A stretch of 58,018 bases of DNA. It comes from a virus. Its lineage: Duplodnaviria > Caudoviricetes. Below are positions 45,685 through 54,871 of this stretch, in pieces. Position 1 is the first letter of the stretch. Each line of letters opens with the position of its first letter. Both the position numbers and the translations under genes were made by a program. The notes below the pieces were generated by a model. It was given only the letters and a program-made list of their open reading frames with translations. It did not search any database and was not told the DNA's origin. The DNA lies in the IMG/VR virus record IMGVR_UViG_3300032335_001124, positions 1 through 58,018 of that record. One strand, written 5' to 3'.

Positions 45685-45757
45685 CAATTAAATCCTCGCT
45701 CGCTTCGCTCACTGCGGGCCAACGCACACACTAACCTAACCCTCACTAACTAACATC

Positions 45758-45982
45758 ATGGAAACCTACAGAGTAACTGCAATCGAGTTCAATTTAGAAG
45801 ATGACGAAGATCTGACAAAGTACGAAGCACTTCGTATTAATGAAATACTCGAAGAAAAGTATCTTCATAGTGAATGGACTGTAGAAGATGGAGACGAAGG
45901 TTTTAGCATTGCAGATTTAATATCTGACGAATGTAAATGGGGTGTAGACTCCATTGATTATAAATTAGTCGAATCTAATTAA
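45758..45982 (+). CDS. acidic cyanophage-type hypothetical protein
   Basis: YRVT.IEF...W.VED...D.ISD...W.V.SIDY. Confidence 0.6.
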   Translation: METYRVTAIEFNLEDDEDLTKYEALRINEILEEKYLHSEWTVEDGDEGFSIADLISDECKWGVDSIDYKLVESN

Positions 45983-45986
45983 CCTA

Positions 45987-46334
45987 ATGGAAAACTTTCC
46001 CTGCACAAGTTGTGGTCTTTGCTGTAAGATTGTCGGTCACGTTTTAGCTGACGTTGACAAAGTTACAGACCCAGTGATTAAACAACTGTTTAACGACTTT
46101 CCCTATGAAACCACGGATGGTGTTTGTAGTATGCTACAGCCAGATAATACCTGCGCTGTGTATGACAACAGACCAGACATGTGCAACATTAAAACTATGT
46201 CTAAGATCCGTGGCATCACTGATCTAAATGAGTATTACAAAATTAATGCTCAGATATGCAATTCTTGGATTCAACTTAACAAACTCGATTCTTCCTACCT
46301 AATCAACTTGGAGCAATTTAACCATGCTAAATAA
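45987..46334 (+). CDS. YkgJ-like (CxxCxxCC) Zn/Fe-S cluster protein
   Basis: FPCTSCGLCC...CSML...CAVYDNRPDMC. Confidence 0.85.
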   Translation: MENFPCTSCGLCCKIVGHVLADVDKVTDPVIKQLFNDFPYETTDGVCSMLQPDNTCAVYDNRPDMCNIKTMSKIRGITDLNEYYKINAQICNSWIQLNKLDSSYLINLEQFNHAK

Positions 46335-46557
46335 GTACAAGTTCACTGTTTATGTTGAGACAAACTCTGGCGAACGTAAGAATCATTCAATTGTTCGTAT
46401 GTTTTATAAGAAGTCAGATGTGGATCGTTACTTAATCGGATTCGCTGACGGTTTAGCCATCGCTTATGACGGAGTTATCCTCCGTGGTACAGCTGAAAAC
46501 CTCAACGAATTGGATGAACACACTAACCAGGCTAAGTCTTTAATGAATTGTAGTTAA
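46324..46557 (+). CDS. hypothetical protein
   Basis: ORF track. Confidence 0.5.
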   Translation: MLNKYKFTVYVETNSGERKNHSIVRMFYKKSDVDRYLIGFADGLAIAYDGVILRGTAENLNELDEHTNQAKSLMNCS

Positions 46558-46702
46558 TTTTAAGGGGAATTTTAGATTGTCCGAAGCGTTCCTCAGAATA
46601 AGTAGGAGGTTTAGATAACATCGATGGAGCCACGAAACCACTTTCGCCTCCAATCATCGGAACCTGCAAGTATTTATTGAGGAACGCAATCGGATTGTTC
46701 AC
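46532..46702 (-). CDS. small hypothetical protein (56 aa), opposite strand
   Basis: Hand translation (M)NNPIAFLNKYLQVPMIGG... Confidence 0.35.
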   Translation of the reverse strand: MNNPIAFLNKYLQVPMIGGESGFVAPSMLSKPPTYSEERFGQSKIPLKINYNSLKT

Positions 46703-46709
46703 AGTCAGC

Positions 46710-46793
46710 TCACTTTTTCATGCCGCCTTTACTACCTTTAGCGCCAGCTTTAGTGCCTTTAGATGCACCACCTTTTTTAGTCATGCCAGCCAT
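46710..46793 (-). CDS. 27-aa Lys/Gly-rich basic peptide
   Basis: MAGMTKKGGASKGTKAGAKGSKGGMKK with codon-like periodicity. Confidence 0.55.
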   Translation of the reverse strand: MAGMTKKGGASKGTKAGAKGSKGGMKK

Positions 46794-47126
46794 GAGAGTT
46801 AAACCGAAGGACAACCAATTCTAATCTTAAAAATCTAATTAACGATTCTTAAACTCTCTCTTATCTGTATATTTTCAAAAATTAATTGATGATAGAGCTT
46901 TGCGTTAAGCGCAAGAAACATTACAAATAAACTATAAACATTGTATAAATTCTAACCAATGCGCAAGTTGCGACTCATATTCAATAGTCAGAAAAGAGTT
47001 ATTACTAAGGTATAGGAAGCAAAGACACTAACGCACTATGCGTTATGTAAACTTATGTTTTCTTGCTTATTTTGCTCTTGACTTTTAACCTTATTTTGCC
47101 ATCATGTACCTGGATTCAGACCACCC

Positions 47127-47303
47127 ATGCTATTGAACAGCTCCAAAACCCTTCAAAAATTTGACGTTTTTATCCGAGACAAAGGACGTTGGAAGTTCAG
47201 TCACTCAATAGAGGAACTAGACGAATCAACCGTAAAGATGAAGTTCTTAAACGAAAATGCTGACGTTGACCCTTCCTCAATTAGTGTGTATCCAACCCGT
47301 TGA
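47127..47303 (+). CDS. small hypothetical protein (58 aa)
   Basis: Hand translation; follows a TTGACT-17-CATCAT promoter-like sequence. Confidence 0.5.
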   Translation: MLLNSSKTLQKFDVFIRDKGRWKFSHSIEELDESTVKMKFLNENADVDPSSISVYPTR

Positions 47304-47309
47304 TTACCA

Positions 47310-47444
47310 ATGAACACGATTGCCTCACTAAAAGTAATTGGAGTTGCTTACATATCTATGGCTGTGTATTGCTTTTTTTCCGTCAATTACTTTTATGGAA
47401 TTGTGTTTTCGATCTGCGCAGTGACTTTACTGCGCATTCGATGA
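47310..47444 (+). CDS. small membrane peptide (44 aa)
   Basis: Hand translation shows two hydrophobic segments. Confidence 0.4.
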   Translation: MNTIASLKVIGVAYISMAVYCFFSVNYFYGIVFSICAVTLLRIR

Positions 47445-47502
47445 CAACATAGGTTTCTTAGTGGTTAAACACTAAGACGCAGGTTCGATTCCTGCGGTTG
47501 CC
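47443..47502 (+). ncRNA. tRNA-like mini element (perfect T-arm, no D-stem)
   Basis: GCAGG-TTCGATT-CCTGC T-arm; TCTTAGTG/CACTAAGA stem; imperfect acceptor GACAACA/GGTTGCC. Confidence 0.5.
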
Positions 47503-47557
47503 TTTGCCTCAATACGGGGCAACGCACCTATTGCTTTTATAGTTCTGAGGTGCTACA

Positions 47558-48028
47558 TTGTACATGGGAGACAGCTCCCCTCCTTTATCCTTCTTAAATC
47601 ACATGAACACCCCCAACTTCACGACCCTGATTAAAGACGCTGAGCTCGCTGCACATTCGTGGAACGAGTTTGATATAGCAACCCTGTCTTGCAATGAGGC
47701 TTTTGGTCTGCCTTTTAACGCAGCCAAAGAGACCTTGACTAACAACGTTACCGTTGCTGAGTCACGCAAATTTGATTTGTCTGTATTCAGTGGCGCTGAA
47801 TCTGCTTTTAAGTTCCCAGACCTTGAAACCAACATTGTTGTTCGGGTAACACGTAAGCCCACAGCTCACGTAAAACTCGAACGGATTGACGATAAGATCG
47901 AGCAATTAGAACAGAAACTTAAAGTGGCAAAGATCGAACGGAAGAAGTTGATCGAGCAGCTTGCTGTAACTCGTGACGTAGATATGATTACCGATAAAAT
48001 CAACCTCGCATTTACTCGCTTAAAATGA
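47558..48028 (+). CDS. hypothetical protein with a C-terminal coiled coil (likely start MNTPNF)
   Basis: ORF track. Confidence 0.6.
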   Translation: MYMGDSSPPLSFLNHMNTPNFTTLIKDAELAAHSWNEFDIATLSCNEAFGLPFNAAKETLTNNVTVAESRKFDLSVFSGAESAFKFPDLETNIVVRVTRKPTAHVKLERIDDKIEQLEQKLKVAKIERKKLIEQLAVTRDVDMITDKINLAFTRLK

Positions 48029-48186
48029 TCTACCGTTTCGCTACCTTCACACTTCTTAGCCTCATGTTTGGGATTATAACTTGCGCAGCGTTAGGCTACG
48101 ATCCTCTGGTCTTAGCCAAAAGACCAGGCTACCAAATTCAAGTCTGCAGAAATCCTGAAATCCATACAAATGGATGCCTTCCATAG
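48025..48186 (+). CDS. small membrane/secreted peptide (53 aa)
   Basis: ATGA-coupled; MIYRFATFTLLSLMFGIITCAALG... Confidence 0.45.
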   Translation: MIYRFATFTLLSLMFGIITCAALGYDPLVLAKRPGYQIQVCRNPEIHTNGCLP

Positions 48187-48275
48187 TATTGTATGGCCGG
48201 GCCATGGGAACCCTGGGTCGTCTACAGCAACGACCCATTTTTCTTTATTAACTTTCACTTTTCTTGTAACTAACC

Positions 48276-49469
48276 ATGAACTATTTGCTTTCTTGTACAA
48301 TTTCCGCCAGTGTTCGTCAAAGCATTCAAATTAAATTTGACGATCTCAAACTTCCGCAATCAGTTGTAGACACATTAGAGAAGAACAACACTGTTTCTCT
48401 ACGACCTAATCTTTCTAACGCACTTAAATCTGAGCTAGATGCTCTTCGAGTTATGCAACGAGAGTTGTACGACGGTTACTGCATACACTTTGGCGACACT
48501 CATTTTGTAACAGCAAATTATTTCGATGAAGCAAACAAACTAATTAAACAAATTCGTGCGAAAGCTAAAGAAGCTAACGAACGTTTGTTTGGTCTTTGGG
48601 AGTCAGAACACGGTAAATGGAGGAACACAGTAGAGGGTTTCTTACTTCCTCTTTTTAAGGATGAAATGGAATACAAACTGGCTAGCGATGCCTATATGCG
48701 AGTGTTCCCAACACTGCAAGAGTATCGCAATCCAATTGGGGTTCATGTTGTTGGCCCTCTTCCAGTTTCTTTAGAAATTGCTACGAAACCAGTTGAAGGT
48801 GACGTACAAGGTTTACTTACATATGAAAATTCAATAAATACTAAAGAAGTAATCGAAGCAGCCCACGCTAATGCTGCGGACAAAGCACTTTGTTTAGGTG
48901 CTGAGTTACTTGACGATTTAGATGTTAGGACTGTAACTAAAGTCGGACGACAACAAACAGGTGGAGATAAGAAGCGTGGGTCTTGGCAAGTAACAGCCGA
49001 GAAGCTAAAGCTAATTAGCGATTCCGTAGTTGGGTTTGATAACTTAGCTGGCTTAGCAGATCAACTGCTAGGTGCAGGCAACGCAATTCAATCACCAATG
49101 CGACAAGTTCGCGAAGAAGGATGTAAAAGATTCCAAGAACTACAACAAGAAATTCGTACTGAATTGGAGTCGATCGTTGACACCCGTGATACATCTAAAG
49201 GACTAGAGACACTTCAAAAATCCTTAGCTTTGTCTAACACTTATACAACTCTATGCGAACAAATTAAAACTGCAGAAAACTCAAATGCTTTAGACCTATT
49301 GGTTAAAGAAGCAAACATTGAGTTGGACATTTACGCACAACGATCTAAGCACCTCAATAAGATGATTGGTCAGCGCCGCGAACTAATTAGTGTTGCTGGT
49401 GACGACCTAGACGATTTGATTTCTGATATAAAAACACCATTAACATCTCAACCAACACCCGATTTCTAA
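48276..49469 (+). CDS. DUF3150-like helical protein
   Basis: Size, helical pattern and linkage with the AAA/VWA genes; inference. Confidence 0.45.
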   Translation: MNYLLSCTISASVRQSIQIKFDDLKLPQSVVDTLEKNNTVSLRPNLSNALKSELDALRVMQRELYDGYCIHFGDTHFVTANYFDEANKLIKQIRAKAKEANERLFGLWESEHGKWRNTVEGFLLPLFKDEMEYKLASDAYMRVFPTLQEYRNPIGVHVVGPLPVSLEIATKPVEGDVQGLLTYENSINTKEVIEAAHANAADKALCLGAELLDDLDVRTVTKVGRQQTGGDKKRGSWQVTAEKLKLISDSVVGFDNLAGLADQLLGAGNAIQSPMRQVREEGCKRFQELQQEIRTELESIVDTRDTSKGLETLQKSLALSNTYTTLCEQIKTAENSNALDLLVKEANIELDIYAQRSKHLNKMIGQRRELISVAGDDLDDLISDIKTPLTSQPTPDF

Positions 49470-49684
49470 TGACACAAACTGTTTATGCCTTCCATTCAAA
49501 GGAAGGCTTTCTCTCTGACATTGAAAAATACACTAACGATCCAGAAAAAGCTGTTACCTTTGTCTCTTTTGAAGTAGCTTCAAACCGATTAAACGGATTC
49601 AAAGACCGATTAAAACATACTTGCCGAATTGTATCTGTACAACTTCCTTTCCCACGAACAACGGCGGTGCAGTTTTATGCCTAG
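49469..49684 (+). CDS. hypothetical protein
   Basis: TAATG coupling; YTNDP.KA..F. Confidence 0.55.
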   Translation: MTQTVYAFHSKEGFLSDIEKYTNDPEKAVTFVSFEVASNRLNGFKDRLKHTCRIVSVQLPFPRTTAVQFYA

Positions 49685-50339
49685 ATTAACAACAGTTAAG
49701 TTTCAAACAATCTTACTTGAAGATTGTCCTACAAAAGAACCGGTTTTATTAGAAGTTAAGTATCGCAGACAATTAGATAAACCAGGTGTTTTTATAGTTG
49801 AAGGCTTTAGTACTCGATTAAAAAACGATAAACATCTAACTATAGAACGGGCAATTCATTCGGACATACACAAATTAGTTGAGCAAGTTAAAGCAAAAAT
49901 TATAAAACAATATGAGGATAAAAACATAAAGTATAACGATTATGTTAAACGAACACCTTTAACTCTGCCTCACAAAGAATTGAACTATACATACTCACCC
50001 GAAGATAAGTTTCCCTGGCTTAGTAACGCAACTCAGGAACGATTTAAGATTGGAAAAAACTATAAAGGAGAGTGGGTTCGTTTTGTGACAACTAATCTTG
50101 AATGGGTGGTGATTGATAATATAGATGATTACGTACTTTTTGATCAAGCCAAGCAAACTGAATTCATAAGACAAACAACGCTTTTGTACGAAAACTTTAG
50201 AGAACAGAGACAAAGTTTGGTTACTACGTACGAAACATTATGGAACAAAACATATGAGCAAATATTCAATGGGTTAACGTATGAGAACAATAAAGATAAG
50301 CCTCAAGAATTCGACGAGGTTTTACGAAGTTACATTTAA
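49629..50339 (+). CDS. hypothetical protein (likely start MPRLTT)
   Basis: ORF track. Confidence 0.55.
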   Translation: MYLYNFLSHEQRRCSFMPRLTTVKFQTILLEDCPTKEPVLLEVKYRRQLDKPGVFIVEGFSTRLKNDKHLTIERAIHSDIHKLVEQVKAKIIKQYEDKNIKYNDYVKRTPLTLPHKELNYTYSPEDKFPWLSNATQERFKIGKNYKGEWVRFVTTNLEWVVIDNIDDYVLFDQAKQTEFIRQTTLLYENFREQRQSLVTTYETLWNKTYEQIFNGLTYENNKDKPQEFDEVLRSYI

Positions 50340-50381
50340 TTACACCCTCGCTGCTTTGCAGCTGCGGGGCAAGCTCACAGT

Positions 50382-51608
50382 TTGCTACAATCCCTACAAC
50401 ATCACATCACGCTCATGAACGACACTTTATTCGCTTCTCTCCAAACCTTTCGCGCAAACCTAAACGCTGCCACGCTCGAACGTGAGTCTGTGGTTGATGG
50501 TCTGTTAGCAACCCTAATAAGCAAGCAAAACGCTTTCTTGTTAGGAGAACCAGGTACAGGTAAGTCTGATCTGGTACGGAACATATGTAACGGGATTTCT
50601 GGGGCCAACTACTTTGGTTATCTTTTAACCCCAACCACCGATCCTTCCGAGATCTTCGGCCCCGTGGCCGTTACCAAGCTTCTTAATGACGAGTACACAC
50701 GCGACGTTAAAGGGTATCTTCCAGACGCTCACATCGCATTCACGGATGAGTTATTTAGAGGATCATCCGCTATTCTGAACTCACTGTTGACTCTTTTAAA
50801 CGAGCGCACTTTCAACAATGGAAAAGAAGTTATCCACACTCCGATTCAATCTATTGTTGCAGCAACAAATTCCTGGCCGGATGAAGAATCTCTCCAAGCA
50901 TTTGCAGACAGATTTCTGTTCCGACCCACGGTGGAATTTCTTAAGAAAAGCACATCGAAACGGATCTTGGATGGTTGGGCTCTTGGAGTCGAGGAACGAC
51001 CTACCGTAGGCACACACTTAAGTCTTGATACCCTTACACAGTTACAGGACGCCGCTAAACAAATTAAAGTCTCAGATGATTTCGTAGATAAATATGGCGA
51101 AGTATGGGATATGTTAAGTGCCCGTGGTATTACAATTAGCGATCGGCGTCGTGTGCAGGTACTTAAGTTCTTAAGAGCTTGGGCAATTGTTCAGGGAGAT
51201 GAAGAACTTGTACCAGAGCATATGCACGACTCTTTGGTTCATATTGTATATAGAACACCCGATGATAAGGAAACTATTAAAGAGATCCTTGATCAGGTGA
51301 TTCCCACGGCTAACAAAATATTTGCCGATGCTAAACGAGCTGCTTCTGGGATAATGACGGAGTACTCAACTACGACTCATAAAGCTCAACTACGTAGTAG
51401 TGGAATCGCTGAGTTAAATGATTTTGTTATTCAATTACGTAAGTACCATAAAGATATGCAGACAGTCAGAGACAAAGTAGGAGAAGTTATTGACGGAAAT
51501 AAATATCGTATGAATTTGAGCACAAGACAGACGGGCGTAAAATTACAGAAACAGCTCGAAAATTATTGCGAAACGCTTACCGTTGCAATTAGCGACATAA
51601 GCAAGTAG
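50382..51608 (+). CDS. MoxR-family AAA+ ATPase, RavA-like (likely start MNDTLF)
   Basis: GEPGTGKS, T.PSEIFGP, FTDE.F..SSAILNSLL..LNER, ATN, DRF and SDRR motifs. Confidence 0.9.
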   Translation: MLQSLQHHITLMNDTLFASLQTFRANLNAATLERESVVDGLLATLISKQNAFLLGEPGTGKSDLVRNICNGISGANYFGYLLTPTTDPSEIFGPVAVTKLLNDEYTRDVKGYLPDAHIAFTDELFRGSSAILNSLLTLLNERTFNNGKEVIHTPIQSIVAATNSWPDEESLQAFADRFLFRPTVEFLKKSTSKRILDGWALGVEERPTVGTHLSLDTLTQLQDAAKQIKVSDDFVDKYGEVWDMLSARGITISDRRRVQVLKFLRAWAIVQGDEELVPEHMHDSLVHIVYRTPDDKETIKEILDQVIPTANKIFADAKRAASGIMTEYSTTTHKAQLRSSGIAELNDFVIQLRKYHKDMQTVRDKVGEVIDGNKYRMNLSTRQTGVKLQKQLENYCETLTVAISDISK

Positions 51609-51633
51609 TCTAAGCGCGTAGCATCACATCAAC

Positions 51634-51792
51634 ATGACTGTCAAAACTGAAGACTTAAATCTTGTTCGAAAAAGACTGGCAGACTTTATAGAGTCTGCGG
51701 AGGTAATCAGCCCTTCAAGTGCTTACGACAAACTTGTAGCTCTATTAGTCGATTTAGATCAAGCCATCATCAGATCCAAAAAACAAACATGA
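51634..51792 (+). CDS. small helical protein (52 aa)
   Basis: Hand translation; ATGA overlap with the VWA gene. Confidence 0.5.
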   Translation: MTVKTEDLNLVRKRLADFIESAEVISPSSAYDKLVALLVDLDQAIIRSKKQT

Positions 51793-53339
51793 AACTAAAC
51801 AAACACACTGAATTCGTGAGGCTGACTCACAACGAACCTCTAACGCTAGCTTGCTCAGCACTTGCAGATTTTCTTTGGGAAGACTTTGTTGTAGACGGGA
51901 AACCTTCTGTAACTTATCTCATTGATCACTACAACATTAAAAAACTATCCCGCTTTGGTAAAGAGCTTTTCGAACGGTTGTATAACGCAGACGACGTAAA
52001 CTGGACCATTACAGAGCAAGCTTACGAAGATTATTTCAGAGCAAAACAAAATGGAGATGACGTTAAATTTCCAGAAGGATATAAGCCTGAGAATGGAATG
52101 TGGTATGCGATTATGTCTGATATTAGTCTTGCCGCTGCTTGGCCTCATCTACTAGCTAGAAGTGTAGGCAATCAATTTAACGCAGGTAACAACGCAATCA
52201 ATATTTTAAACCAACTGTCTGAAGTCATAGAAGAGTTAATTGAGAAAGATTTATTGGATGTTCAACTTGTATTCAACGCGGGAGACAAATTAGATGAGTT
52301 AAGAAAACAATTTCAAGATGCTCAGGATAAAGGTGATAAAGCTGCAATGGATAAAGCTCGTGCTGAGGGTAAAGAAATTAATCAAGCAATTCAAAACGCC
52401 ATAGAAGAACTTAAAGATCAAATAGGATCGCAGACCAGCAGGATTGTAGATAAAACCAATAAAGATTGCGACGAAACAAACAGTTCAATTTCGACTTTGT
52501 TTGGAAACGAAGAGGGTAAGGGGACCCACGGTACAGACTTGCAAACTAAGAGAGACTTAGCGGAAAAGTTACAAAGAAACCCCAAGCTAAAAGCACTGGC
52601 AAAGAAGTTAGGTGCTCTCCGCAAAGTATGGCAAGAACGAAAACGAGCGAAGATAACAAAGTCAACTTACGAAGCAATTAACGGAGCGGTTTTTTCAAAT
52701 GACATTACAAGAGCCTTTCCTGTAGAACTGGCATTAGCTGGAAGTAACGAGGGAAAACTTTTATTTGCGTTGAAGTACTCACAGAAAACTTTGCTTACAA
52801 AAGATTACAACGCTCACCGAAAAGATATAGGTAAAGGTCCAATAATTATGTACGTAGATACCTCAGGTTCTATGGGTGGAGAACCAGAAGTCTGGTCAAA
52901 AGCTATTTCGTTTGTAATTTCTGAAGAAGCCTTAAAGGAAAATAGAGAAGTTCAGATCTATTTATTTGATACACGAATTGAACAGGGTGTGATCTTGAAG
53001 GGAAATAGAAAAACAAACAAAGAATTACTTGACTTTGTAGGCACTTGGCATCTTGGCGGAGGTACAAGTTTTAACTCCGTAATCTCCCACGCGGTAGAAT
53101 TAACAAAGACCCAGGATCGTTCAGACATTCTTTTGATTACGGATGGTTATTCAGACGTTCGAGACTCTAATATGAGAGCGCTTCGGTCCCTCAAACAAAG
53201 GACAGGAGCCATGTGGAGTACAATCTGTATCGGAACACAGGTTCCGGATATAGTGCATGAGTTTTCAGATGAAGCTTATGCGGTCGACATTTCTGCTCAC
53301 GCAGAAACCATTGACGTTATCCAAAAATGTATTAGGTGA
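51789..53339 (+). CDS. VWA domain protein, ViaA-like
   Basis: MIDAS motif VDTSGSM, GGGTSF and ITDG. Confidence 0.9.
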   Translation: MKLNKHTEFVRLTHNEPLTLACSALADFLWEDFVVDGKPSVTYLIDHYNIKKLSRFGKELFERLYNADDVNWTITEQAYEDYFRAKQNGDDVKFPEGYKPENGMWYAIMSDISLAAAWPHLLARSVGNQFNAGNNAINILNQLSEVIEELIEKDLLDVQLVFNAGDKLDELRKQFQDAQDKGDKAAMDKARAEGKEINQAIQNAIEELKDQIGSQTSRIVDKTNKDCDETNSSISTLFGNEEGKGTHGTDLQTKRDLAEKLQRNPKLKALAKKLGALRKVWQERKRAKITKSTYEAINGAVFSNDITRAFPVELALAGSNEGKLLFALKYSQKTLLTKDYNAHRKDIGKGPIIMYVDTSGSMGGEPEVWSKAISFVISEEALKENREVQIYLFDTRIEQGVILKGNRKTNKELLDFVGTWHLGGGTSFNSVISHAVELTKTQDRSDILLITDGYSDVRDSNMRALRSLKQRTGAMWSTICIGTQVPDIVHEFSDEAYAVDISAHAETIDVIQKCIR

Positions 53340-53581
53340 TCACCATGCCACGACCTTCTGAAGATCAAATCCTAGAGCTTTGGCGCGACACTCAAGCTTC
53401 AGCTCGCATAGACCATCCAGATCCTCCACTAGAGTTGATGATAGGCCGTTTTGCTGACTCGTTGTTAGACAAGTGGCAGTACGCTGAAGGGCGCTCAGAC
53501 CTCGACAGTCTGTTTGACAATTCAAACTGGGTGTGGGCAGAGGAAGAGGACGAAGGAAAAAACAGTGTGTGTGTTTTTTAA
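53336..53581 (+). CDS. hypothetical protein
   Basis: GTGA-coupled ORF. Confidence 0.5.
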   Translation: MITMPRPSEDQILELWRDTQASARIDHPDPPLELMIGRFADSLLDKWQYAEGRSDLDSLFDNSNWVWAEEEDEGKNSVCVF

Positions 53582-53616
53582 AAAGTAAGACTTTTATTTA
53601 TTACGTATTCTTTATT

Positions 53617-53829
53617 ATGACTCCTGACTTTTCTGAGTATTTTTACTTGGACTCCGCTATTTATAGCGGTCTAAGATGGAAAAAGAGAAACGGACGTATT
53701 GCTCCGGGTGAAAAAGCTGGAACCTTATATAAAACTAAAAAACATTATGTTGTTCAGCTTCTTGGAAAAAAATACAACTGCGACGACATTATTGCCAAAC
53801 TTAAAGAAAATAAAAAGTTAGTTCGTTAA
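53617..53829 (+). CDS. truncated N-terminal domain of an HNH_3/AP2-type endonuclease
   Basis: EYFYLD....GLRWKK.....GEKAGT.....Y.VQL.GKKY, then ends before any HNH motif. Confidence 0.5.
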   Translation: MTPDFSEYFYLDSAIYSGLRWKKRNGRIAPGEKAGTLYKTKKHYVVQLLGKKYNCDDIIAKLKENKKLVR

Positions 53830-53857
53830 ATTTACTAAACAACACACAGACAAACTA

Positions 53858-54121
53858 ATGGACGACTCTCAAATTTGCGATTCACTTCTTGACCACTGTT
53901 GTACCGTGTTTAATAACGTAAAATTTAATCTGGGTGTTAGCTCAAAAAGTGCGTGGCAACGAGAAGCGCGAGAACCAATGGCTGCGGTTTTTAGAACCTT
54001 AGCTGAGGAATTGGTTATTGATTTAACTAGTGATAAAGACGATAAACATAATCAAACCTTAACGTTAGTAAAACATTATTTGTTGAACAAAGCAAACGAA
54101 CACTTGGATGACGTAGTGTGA
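53858..54121 (+). CDS. hypothetical protein
   Basis: ORF track. Confidence 0.55.
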   Translation: MDDSQICDSLLDHCCTVFNNVKFNLGVSSKSAWQREAREPMAAVFRTLAEELVIDLTSDKDDKHNQTLTLVKHYLLNKANEHLDDVV

Positions 54122-54576
54122 ACCACACTGATGTAAATTCGGTTTTACTAGAGCCAAGTAAAAGGGACGCAGCTACGGAAATAAAGCTTATAAAAAATAT
54201 ATATTATTGGGATTCCAGTATTGAAAGTTTAGCTAACTGGATAATGGCTTCGTTATGGACTTCCGTAAACACAAAATCCCAGACTGAAGGAGATGACTAT
54301 ATTTTTAAATATAAAGAATCTTGTATTGCATATAACTTTAAACAAAGAATATTCACTATTAATCTATGGAGCGAAGAAAATTCTTTTTATACTGTTGGTT
54401 TACATGTAAGTTCTTACTTGGAGACACTCTATGGAGTTAAAACATTTGCCGAAGTAGAGACTTCTTTAATATTTGACATTGTAGAAATTGAAAATTTGTC
54501 AAAAACAATAGCTAGGGATGTTGATACGTGGATAACAAATGTACCTAATATTTACAAAGAAATTTGTGCTGGTTAA
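54118..54576 (+). CDS. hypothetical protein
   Basis: GTGA-coupled ORF. Confidence 0.55.
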   Translation: MNHTDVNSVLLEPSKRDAATEIKLIKNIYYWDSSIESLANWIMASLWTSVNTKSQTEGDDYIFKYKESCIAYNFKQRIFTINLWSEENSFYTVGLHVSSYLETLYGVKTFAEVETSLIFDIVEIENLSKTIARDVDTWITNVPNIYKEICAG

Positions 54577-54604
54577 TTTGCATATTTTTATGTCATTAAC
54601 AAGT

Positions 54605-54871
54605 TTAAACTCCACTCATATATTGTCCGGGAGTCATCGGGCTCAGACCACGAAGTTCTCTCAGCATGTTTATATTTTGAGTTTGCCTTTCTATAGAAGG
54701 TAGAGAATAATCCCCACCAACCGGTACATCGTCAATAGGAGTAGGTATAGTTCTTGGTCCAATTTTCAATTTAAATGTTCTAGCTATGGGTCCGCCTTGT
54801 TCTTCTGCAAGAAGCTCAGGGTGTTTCATAAGATACATGTTTAAAAAAGAGAGCGCTTCGTCTTGCATCAA
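54605..54871 (-). CDS. hypothetical protein, opposite strand, with its own -10 element
   Basis: GCTATAAT at 54890-54897 (minus strand). Confidence 0.55.
   Translation of the reverse strand: MMQDEALSFLNMYLMKHPELLAEEQGGPIARTFKLKIGPRTIPTPIDDVPVGGDYSLPSIERQTQNINMLRELRGLSPMTPGQYMSGV

Larger units (their letters stand above)
44239..45718 (+). repeat. 27-bp hairpin repeat ATCCTCGCTCGCTTCGCTCACTGCGGG (44239-44265, 45692-45718); relatives at 50345 and 56040
   Basis: Direct comparison; all copies are intergenic and upstream of ORFs. Confidence 0.85.

Noticed and set aside
47443-47502. Canonical tRNA gene
   Set aside because: No D-stem, no 7-nt anticodon loop, two acceptor mismatches and no CCA.
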